DNA of 64,000 nucleotides from an uncultured Collinsella sp. (GTDB lineage Bacteria; Actinomycetota; Coriobacteriia; Coriobacteriales; Coriobacteriaceae): NCBI GenBank assembly GCA_900542335.1, contig UQNG01000002.1, positions 946 to 64,945 of the forward strand, read 5' to 3'. Shown piece by piece: positions 26,301 to 33,900 of this stretch (position 1 is its first letter; each line of letters starts with the position of its first letter). The notes under the pieces were generated by a model. It saw only the letters and a program-made list of their open reading frames with translations, ran no database searches and was not told where the DNA came from. The position numbers and the translations under genes were made by a program.

Positions 26301-28860
26301 TGATCGCTATCGTCTGAATTTCTGGACGCTTGAGCGTGATGGTGGATATTGGACATATGTGAAAAATCCCATCGAGAGTACGGTGCGTACAGATAAGAAG
26401 TACTACGTTCGCGCGATGATTACCACGGACGTTAATTTCTACAACAAGGGCGATAATGTCGTGAGGACTGCCACGCGGCGCTATGAGAGTAACTTGCTGC
26501 AGACCAAGGTGGGCAGGGCGGATCCGACGTTCACGTATTACTACCCGCATGTTAATAAGTCGGTTAAAGTGGCCGAAAAGCCAGAAGATGGTGAGAAGGG
26601 ATCGTATGAGAGCCCCCTGACCCTCGAAGCTTCCCCGACCGATGTCGACATGGCCGTGCCGGGCTATAAGTTCCTGGGCTGGATTTCGACCGCCGAGGTC
26701 AAGAAGGATTCTGCCGTCTGGAAATATATCTATGATGTCGCCGGCGACCCCTATGTGACGAGCGATCCGGAAAAGGCGGCGCCATACTTGGCGACGGATG
26801 ACTCCAAGGTCACCCAGTGTCAGGATGCCTATCCCGTCTACGCAAAGTTCGACGTCAACTACACAACGAATCTGCATCGCGCCGGTTTTAAGGGCACTTC
26901 CGAGGTGAATGTTCCTAGGTATGACATCACCCCTAATCTCAATGCGGACACCGATCCCGCCACGGCAACGGTGACTCCTGATATCGAAACGACGGTATAC
27001 AAGTCCGGCGGCGAGCTATACAAGCTAAATAAGGTCGAAATCGAACTTCCGAATGGCGAGGTTAAGGAGCTCGAATCTGACGGTAATAACTCGTATTCCT
27101 ATCCGGTGGAGCTGGGCAAGCCTTACACGTTTGTTGCCTATTACACGCCCATCGCGGTGGTGTACCACCTGAACGATGCCGATATCGATGGCAAGCTGGC
27201 GCAGGAGGGTGATACGCTCGGTAGCCTTAAGGGCGGCATGCCGCTGCCAACGTATAAGGTTGGCGACATCGATGCTGCGACGGGTGTATACAATGCCTTC
27301 GTAGGCTGGACGGAAACTAAGCTGGCACCTGACAAGGGTTATGTCGTTTGGTCGGACGGCGTTTCCATGGTGAACAAAAACACTGTGGTCAAGGCTCCCA
27401 TGGAGCTGTACCCGGTCTACCGTGCCAGCGCGGTCAAGGTCCAATCGAATATCGATGCCAAATTGGAGAGCCCCGAATCCGTGCGCTCGCTTTCGCGCAC
27501 CGACTCTGGCGATCAGATCTCGCTGGAGGTAAAAGCTGCAACCGAGGTTGTCGGCAAAAACGGCACCAAGTACGACTTTGTCGGCTGGTCGCGCGACTAT
27601 AAATCCGATAGCCAATACACCCTGATGACCGACGATGAGAAGTACCCTCTCGAGGGCGGTGAGCCATTTGAGGACGTAACGTATACCGCGGTGTATAAGA
27701 TTACGCCGTATAAGGTGTGCTATCACGGCGTTGACGGCGCGCCCATCTTTACGGCGACGGTCGACTCGGGCGACGATCGCGCGACAGGCGCTGGTTTTGT
27801 CCATAACGTCGAGGTTCCCAAGGTGGATGAGAGCGGCAAACCGGTCTATGACAACAACGGCAATCCCGAGATGGAGCAAAAGTCCGTCGCGTACGACCCG
27901 GACGCCTACTCCAAGATCGTCGCGCTGCTTGATGAGCGGGCGGCGGCTAACGGTGACGTGCGCGAACTCTTCCTGGAATGGCGATATGTGCCTGCCAATG
28001 GTGCTGCGAAGTCTTGGAATGAGTTTAAGGGCGAGCCGGTCAAGGGAGACATGGATCTGTATCCGGTGACGTATCGTGTAGTCGCCAACGATACATCCAA
28101 TTCCGCGTACCCCGTACCTATGACCGCGAAGCTTAAGTGGCTGCTCGATCCCACTGCTGACAATACAGTCAATGACAATGCCGATAAGGCGCCGTTCAAG
28201 GTCTGTTTTGCCGAGCCGTTTATGGGAACGCAGCTGACTGTCACGGTCAAGCAGGCGAGCTATGGTCCTGATGGATCCGTGACGGAGGACCCCGTAAACG
28301 ACAAATATGTCTCACTCTATAGCTTGGGCTCGGGCAATGGCTCGTTCGACTTGGCCAACCGCCTGGAGTCCAAGAAGACGGGCGGAGTCGAACAGGGCGC
28401 CGGTAATGCCGTGTTCAATTTTGCCCCGACTCATGCGTTGACGATCGTCAAAAGGACCACCGACGCCAATGCCATGGGGCAGACGTTCCGCTTTAAGGTG
28501 ACGAAGACGGCGGAGGGAGCCTCTCCCGAGACACGCATGGTCGAAGTGATAGTCGATAAAACGCAGCAGGAAAACGGTGAGACCTGGTATGTCGGCAGCG
28601 TGCAGTTCGCCGCTCCGGTGGGTGACTATACCGTCGTGGAAGACACGGCTTGGGCATGGCGCTACCAGGGCGAGCTGAGCACGCCGGGCAAGGCACCCGG
28701 TAAAACTGCCGAGCTGAAGATTTCGTCTGCTTCGAGCGCGGGCGATGCGGTGGTGACGTGCGTTAACACGCGCACAAAAGATAAATGGGTCGACGGCGGT
28801 TCGCGGGCTAAGAACGTTTGGGAAAACGGGAAGCTGAAGAGGGAGGACTTGGATGACTAA
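23395..28860 (+). CDS. large secreted adhesin-like protein (GLUG-type beta-helix head, about 8 Listeria-Bacteroides/InlB-B-like repeats, C-terminal Ig-like domain and TasA-like strand)
   Basis: Sec signal AHA|EG; YLDNDIEL..PFRGVFDGQNHTVKGL; repeated GYxFxGW motifs; no sortase or TM anchor. Confidence 0.8.
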   Translation: MKIKNRNRGVLSRLIAVAAIALCCVMVLPAVAHAEGKTEFHIKNEADFLSCVALSRERDTRDWHVYLDNDIELDGEDMKTIVSNTVKHLSFGNKEHPFRGVFDGQNHTVKGLDYANNMLDPERDTGFFAETDGATIKNFLVKDANIWADFRGGIIVGKAVNTRFENVMVMESTLHVTCANNMLNVITNPGFEGGLIAGELDGCTLYNCEVRGGRAVNNTTPGVQAIGGEGLYMAAFAGYVKNSTIEYCRVTPTRKKDGSIAEKGMTDVTNKYDVAIGALGGNNVYASGFVGCMAGNAKIIDCFSTAQCYSYAASYVGVISVTRAWTGGLAGRILTEEGNELVRSHFAGDLSSRQYNPIAVIPIIQNDVNLGGIAARANKGDATVTECYFKPSVSLSGNSQGNPAKKKIPSFGGDGTTKGDSYGPWDDERYITRELWEEHDYDFCAGTMRSTANDDALGGQHTNEWAMDYKLNIPVHGQSVKATIDFPGAGTATIEATKLGIDQKTTDPYTFAVSAVLAGTAQGLAQGDTSVTFKQETSARPEGLSEANGGYRFMGWFREPDVRVNRIGQDNSWFDGKTDDAAVKDGKRVQDNTKHETTSSYTADNGKDHAKSEGFKGNDLFIASYEAQVLFYNVKGETLNWKDGKAHDQSTDWYRYGVGLTPAAPADRGGLSKTATFIGWTTQPNDDKSMNGAYAAITSPQLADLKNQGAFYPAGSEITVVGPTDFYPVYSDYVSNIMTVFEGNEQDELGDVTQRVDVGNTHVDVQPGENGTSSYTVQVRDVNNKPLSDGGTLPDGYRFLGWYENKGTEDAPLEVRVSRDPSYKLPANVDLTVKHTYTARFEYRVDYYVRAYTNQAFTESRLLCSVWNRYQTPFEENVGSTFVRENVVHWGPEHVDHGMKDDYDETCDTRFTANTLVVSPFNAYSHNVKNDTGADTLKNLYADTDFPGAATLSDTWTLSSLNVTVKPVNDRYRLNFWTLERDGGYWTYVKNPIESTVRTDKKYYVRAMITTDVNFYNKGDNVVRTATRRYESNLLQTKVGRADPTFTYYYPHVNKSVKVAEKPEDGEKGSYESPLTLEASPTDVDMAVPGYKFLGWISTAEVKKDSAVWKYIYDVAGDPYVTSDPEKAAPYLATDDSKVTQCQDAYPVYAKFDVNYTTNLHRAGFKGTSEVNVPRYDITPNLNADTDPATATVTPDIETTVYKSGGELYKLNKVEIELPNGEVKELESDGNNSYSYPVELGKPYTFVAYYTPIAVVYHLNDADIDGKLAQEGDTLGSLKGGMPLPTYKVGDIDAATGVYNAFVGWTETKLAPDKGYVVWSDGVSMVNKNTVVKAPMELYPVYRASAVKVQSNIDAKLESPESVRSLSRTDSGDQISLEVKAATEVVGKNGTKYDFVGWSRDYKSDSQYTLMTDDEKYPLEGGEPFEDVTYTAVYKITPYKVCYHGVDGAPIFTATVDSGDDRATGAGFVHNVEVPKVDESGKPVYDNNGNPEMEQKSVAYDPDAYSKIVALLDERAAANGDVRELFLEWRYVPANGAAKSWNEFKGEPVKGDMDLYPVTYRVVANDTSNSAYPVPMTAKLKWLLDPTADNTVNDNADKAPFKVCFAEPFMGTQLTVTVKQASYGPDGSVTEDPVNDKYVSLYSLGSGNGSFDLANRLESKKTGGVEQGAGNAVFNFAPTHALTIVKRTTDANAMGQTFRFKVTKTAEGASPETRMVEVIVDKTQQENGETWYVGSVQFAAPVGDYTVVEDTAWAWRYQGELSTPGKAPGKTAELKISSASSAGDAVVTCVNTRTKDKWVDGGSRAKNVWENGKLKREDLDD

Positions 28861-29422
28861 GCGCAAGCAGATCGTCGCCCTCCTTGTCGGCGTTCTCCTT
28901 TTGGCCGGCGCTGCCGGCACCTTTGCGTGGCTTTCGGTTACGGGCGTGCTGGTCAACGAGTTTGGTTTTGGCTCGGTGAGGCCCTCGGTGGACGAGACGC
29001 TCGAGGACAACGTGAAGAGGGATGTCTCGGTTAAAAACATGGGCACGGCTCCGGCATACCTGCGTGTCGCGGTGGATATCTACTGGCAGGATAAGGATGG
29101 CGCGCGCCTGTGGGATGAGCCGGCTGCCGGCACCGACTACACCATTGAGTGGGGCGATAAAGGCGATGCCGACGCCACTAACAGCCCTTCGTCTTGGGTT
29201 CTTGCGAGCGACGGGTTCTACTACTGGACGTCTTCTGTTAAGCCGCTCGACAAGACGGGCGTGCTCATCAAGAGCGTGTCCGAGAAGAAGGCAGATGGTA
29301 AAAACCTAGTTGTCGACATTTCGACCCAGGCGATTCAGTCCACGCCCGACGATGCGGTCACCGAGGCATGGAACTGTACGGTCAAAGATGGCGTGCTGGT
29401 GCCGCCGCACGGAGGTGCGTGA
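28853..29422 (+). CDS. TasA/CalY-like SipW-dependent protein; candidate minor or adaptor pilin
   Basis: MTKRKQ-hydrophobic-GTFA|WLS..NEFGFGSV; VSVKNMG..PAYLRV; DGFYYW; QAIQS; overlaps the upstream stop codon. Confidence 0.82.
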   Translation: MTKRKQIVALLVGVLLLAGAAGTFAWLSVTGVLVNEFGFGSVRPSVDETLEDNVKRDVSVKNMGTAPAYLRVAVDIYWQDKDGARLWDEPAAGTDYTIEWGDKGDADATNSPSSWVLASDGFYYWTSSVKPLDKTGVLIKSVSEKKADGKNLVVDISTQAIQSTPDDAVTEAWNCTVKDGVLVPPHGGA

Positions 29423-29424
29423 GT

Positions 29425-30114
29425 ATGGCGTTCCCGATTCGCAAAGGCGTTGCGCGCTCCGTGGTCGCGGCCATTCTCTGCGTGGTCGCGCTCGCCGTTC
29501 CCGCCCGCGCGTTTGCCGATAGTCCCGCGATTGCCTATGACGGAAATGCGCGCCAGCTGACGGTAACGGGGGCGACGGGCTCCTCGGGGGAGCCCGATCT
29601 GTTTCCCGCCTTTAAAGATCTAATGCCCGGCGATGCGCGCGAGCAGCAGATCGAGGTTCGTGCCACGGGCGTAAAGTCCCAGGTACGCGTGTTTGTGCGG
29701 GCCGTTGTCAATCACGAGACGGCACACCTGCTGTCGCCCATTACCTTAACGGCGTCGGCTGGCGATGCGTCTGACGGTTGGCTCCAGACGGGAACGCCGG
29801 GCAGCGTGTTCGCCTATCCCACGCAGGTCGCCACGTTCACGAGCGATGGCAGCACGGTGCTCAATCTGCAGCTGAGTGTCCCGACGTCGGTGGGCAACGA
29901 GCTTGCCGACGCAAACAAGACCATTCGCTGGGAAATCACTGCCGAGGACGATGGCGAAACAATTCCTGCGCAGCCCGCTGGCCCCAAAAAGCCCGGCCTG
30001 TTTGGCCTGGCTGCGACGGGCGACAACTCGCTCGCTCTGCTTTTGACGCTGCTAACGCTAGCGATTATCGCTTTTATGGTCGCGCTGTTCTTGTCTCAAA
30101 GGAATAAGCGCTAG
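29425..30114 (+). CDS. sortase-anchored TasA-like protein; candidate pilus base
   Basis: Classical signal AFA|DSP; LFPAFKDLMPGD; LSVPTSVGNEL; LAATGD followed by TM and RNKR. Confidence 0.75.
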   Translation: MAFPIRKGVARSVVAAILCVVALAVPARAFADSPAIAYDGNARQLTVTGATGSSGEPDLFPAFKDLMPGDAREQQIEVRATGVKSQVRVFVRAVVNHETAHLLSPITLTASAGDASDGWLQTGTPGSVFAYPTQVATFTSDGSTVLNLQLSVPTSVGNELADANKTIRWEITAEDDGETIPAQPAGPKKPGLFGLAATGDNSLALLLTLLTLAIIAFMVALFLSQRNKR

Positions 30115-30134
30115 GTCCATCTTTCTAAATGAAA

Positions 30135-30263
30135 CGTCCTCCCGGGCGTCGGGGCACGAAGTTCCCTGCTCTACAGTCCTGCGCAAGACGAAGGCCACAT
30201 TAAGTGGCCTTCTTTGCGTGCGGAACTCGCGATGAACTTCGTGCCCTGCCGTCCGGGAGGACG
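30135..30263 (+). repeat. structured hairpin element (left copy)
   Basis: Outer stem CGTCCTCCCGG...CCGGGAGGACG; inner AGGCCACATTAAGTGGCCT. Confidence 0.85.
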
Positions 30264-30319
30264 CCTCTTTATTGATGGGAGGCCTGATAGGTCGATGGTT
30301 CCGTGCCCGGATGCGTCCA

Positions 30320-30781
30320 AAGTGGGACGGGCTTTCCGGATGGGCAGGGGGACTGCGGCTTTCGAAAAAAGCGTCCCGGAATTTGCCTTTGGAATGGGAC
30401 GTAGTTTCCCGTTGAGGTGCTTTGCGGAAAGTGCATCCCACTCTGGGCGGTCGAAGTGGGACACACTTTCCCAAAGGCGCTCCAACGGGAAATTGCGTCC
30501 CATTATTCGGTCAAGAAACGGGATGCATTTTCCCAATGAGAGCAAAACCGGAAAATGCATCCCACAATCAGCCCTCAAAGTGGGACGCCGTTTCCCAATG
30601 AGGCTCAAGCGGAAAATGCATCCCGGAATTTGCGCTCAAAGTGGGATGCGGTTTCCGGTTGAGGGTCTAAGGGGAAAATGCGTCCCAGAATCGACGCTTG
30701 AAATGGGATGCAGTTTCCCGATGAGGCACTCGACGGAAAATACATCCCAGAAATGGCCTTTGAGCTGGGATAAGATTTCCG
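30320..30781. repeat. array of 61-62-bp palindromic units (7-8 copies)
   Basis: GGGAY..TTTCC starts at 30324, 30396, 30458, 30520, 30582, 30643, 30705, 30767, alternating with inverted GGAAA..RTCCC. Confidence 0.9.
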
Positions 30782-30799
30782 CAGCATCTCGGATTCTCA

Positions 30800-30859
30800 A
30801 AAATGAGACACGCCGTTGGCGAAAATGAGACACGTGATATCGGGCATCGGATGTATCAT
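30800..30859 (+). promoter_or_regulatory. 13-bp direct repeats (22-bp period) upstream of a -10 box
   Basis: AAAATGAGACACG at 30800 and 30822; TATCAT at 30854. Confidence 0.55.
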
Positions 30860-30903
30860 TTGCAAAAATGAGTCCACTCCACTCGAATAAAGCGAGGTCC
30901 CTC

Positions 30904-33900
30904 ATGTACGTTCCACACCCCCGTATCCGTAGGCTGTCGAAAATCCCGCTTGTTGGGACGGCGGCGCTTGCTGCGTTGATTGCCACGAGCGTCGCCTGCT
31001 TCACGGCCACGCCCCAGGTTGCCCAGGCGGCAGACGCGCCCGCAATCACCGATATGACCGAGCAGGATTATCAAGCCCTGGGTCTGGGCACGAGCGAGGA
31101 CATTCCGGCCGATACCGTTGGCCCCTATTCCACTGATGCCCCCACGACGTTTGCCACGCGCAGCGAGGTCTATATGGCAGCTAACGGTAGCCATGGCAAT
31201 CGCTACACTCTGCGCGGCAAGCTCGAGAACGTCGAGCGCGGTGACATTGGCGGCAGCAGCAAACTCACCGATGGCTATGGAAGTGTGTGGGGCGCCGCAA
31301 AGTTCTGGCAAAACGTCAACAACTTCGATACGAACAGCGATCTCTACAAGCATAGCGACTACGGTGGCGGCACCTGGTCGTACCTAAGCAACAATGAGTC
31401 CTCAACAGTACTCGCCAACGACAACAACGGTTTCTCGGGCATTCACGCCACGAGTGTTGAGTTCTGCAGCGACGCCAGCACGGGCAAAAAGAGCCGCGTT
31501 GCCGAGCTCCGTGCCTACGGCGACAGTTCCTCCACGACGATGGACGGCAAGTCATACGCCGGAAAGGTTGAGCTGGTCCTCTACTCGTTTAGCAACGGGC
31601 GCACGCGCACTCTCGACACACACCTGCCGGTGACGGTCAACACTAATATGATGTACGAAGGCCGTTTTAAGTACCTGGATGCCGGTTACCTGCAAGAGCA
31701 CGACGCCGTCTTTGATGTCGAGGCGGGCGATGTCGATGGCGACGGCGTCGACGAGCTTTTTGTCTACGCGGGCTGCTATGTCGACGAGAACGGCGTGCGC
31801 AAGGCTGTAGTCGACATGTATGACTTGGAGGGCGGCAACTGGAAGCAAAGCGTCGTCAAGATCGATGCCGGTAACGCCGCGGACTACACCACGCACAACA
31901 AGGGCGGGAACGACTCCTGGACGCAGCTTCAGTCAGCTCCTGTCGTTTCGCTAGCGGCCGGCGACCTCGATCGCGATTTTTGCGATGACCTCGCCATCGT
32001 GGTCTCGGCACCCTACGGCAAGAAGAATATTGATAAGTCGACGCATTGCGAGCTGTTTTCGTGGGATGCATCCAAGGGTGCGCTCGTCCATGTCGATGGT
32101 CTGGGCGACGCGGGCGCAATCTCCCTCTCCGCGAACGGCAAGACCATGGTCGCTGCGAATGCGACGTTCGGCACGTTTGCCGCCTACGATGAAGAAGGAA
32201 AGAAGACGGGTGAAACCGTCACGGGCCTTATTCTTGCGGGCTATGACTGGCAACGCAGCGCTTTTGATTACGGCGCTTCTGACGGCAGCAAGGGGCTGTA
32301 CGGCGCGCTGTACCGCTACGCGTATTTTGACTCGGAGTCTGGCGAGTTCAAGCTTTCCGATTGCAAGGAATACAGAGACGGGCTCCTCGCCTCCTATGGG
32401 CTGATGCATGTGCCCAACAGCGCATGGAAGGATAGCGCTCAGGATAAGCGCTATCCGTGCACCTTGGCGCCTATTGCCCTTGCCACTGCCAACCTTGACG
32501 GCCTGTCCGAGCAGCTGGCGGTCGACGAGGTGCTCGTGGGCGGCGATGTGTTCCGCGACTTTGCCTGCAACACGGCACAGAGCGGGGCTCAGGGCTTGGG
32601 GTCCATGGTCGGAACCATGAGCATGAGCGGTCAGCAATACAACAGCAGCAACAAGCATGACCACAAGGGTATAGAGCAGGTGTGGATCAGCGACGTCAAG
32701 GCGGGCAGCGTCTCGGGTTCGGACCGCTATAACGAGAGCTTTATCGCCGTGGTGGGCAAGCACCGCGACGAGGACCTGCGCAAGAACGATGACTACTATT
32801 GGATGACCGCCTCGCATTTTTCGCTCGACGAGAACGGAAAGGTGCGCCGCGGCGAGGAGCAGGTGATTAGCGAGAGCAACCGTCGCGGCACTACCTACGG
32901 CACATTTATCTCGCTCGCGCTGCCCGACGTCGACAACGACAGCGTCAAGATCACGTACAAGGACCGCTACAAGGTCTATACCAACCCGCGCGTGCTTGCC
33001 GTGCTGCAGGATGCGCCCTATGTTGAGGATCTGGAGCAGGCATACGGCTATCTGGTGTTGGGCGGCACGTCATACGGAGAGGAAAAGGGCACGGGGACAT
33101 CCCAGGGCTATACCATTGGCGCCGAGTTGGGCGTTGCCGTCGAGGTGCAGACCGGTCCGCCCCTGGTCGCGATGAATGCTTCAGTCGATTTTGCCGCCGA
33201 GGGATGCTATGACTACCGGAGCGAGCGCACGGTCAGCGCAAGCGTAAGCTATGAGTCGCATGCCGGCGAGGGTGACAAGGCCGTGCTCTACACGATTCCG
33301 ATGGTCTATTACGAGTATGAGATCGAAAATGAGGAAACTGGTGGCAAGGGCGTGATGGCGGCGCCCGTGTCGCTCGGCGCGCAGACCTCGGTCGTTAATG
33401 TCGAGGCCTATGACCGCATTGCCAAACAGCACAATATGACGCCGCTCAGCTACTTTTTGACTAACCGGTCGGGAGAACCCGGAACCTATCAAACGACGCT
33501 CAACGGCGAGACTCCCGTTGGGGATTCCTTTGGCCTGGGCAAGCCTGGCGTAACGCGCGCCTACACGCACGATGGGTTTAACGGCGCCGCCGCGCAGCCG
33601 GGGGCGAGCATTGAGCAGACCATCGAAGTCGAGGAGGGCAAGGAGCAGGAGCTCGAGCTCGGCTTGACGCTGAACGGCAGCGTTGTCATGGGCGCGAAGC
33701 TCGCAAAGCACGAGTTGTTTGGCGGCCTGTGCTTTGGTGCCAACGCCGGCTTTACTACGGGTAACTCCTCGAGTGAATCGACCGAATACGGCGGTACCGT
33801 CGACAACCTGCCCGAGGCCGCGCAGGGCAAGTACGGTTTTGTGTGGCGTCTGGGCGTCAACGCGGTGGATGTCGACAAGTTCGAGGCAGACTCGGGCGAC

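Noticed and set aside
21335..30114. Classical sortase-polymerised (SpaA-type) pilus
   Set aside because: No class C sortase, and the small subunits lack YPK pilin motifs and LPXTG signals; they carry SipW-type signals instead
30320..30781. CRISPR array
   Set aside because: Repeats alternate in orientation and are degenerate, linkers are short and partly related, and there are no cas genes or leader
30058..30828. ORFs of 138-204 aa over the repeat array (also 35100-35562)
   Set aside because: They are translations of palindromic repeats on both strands, with no RBS or protein motifs
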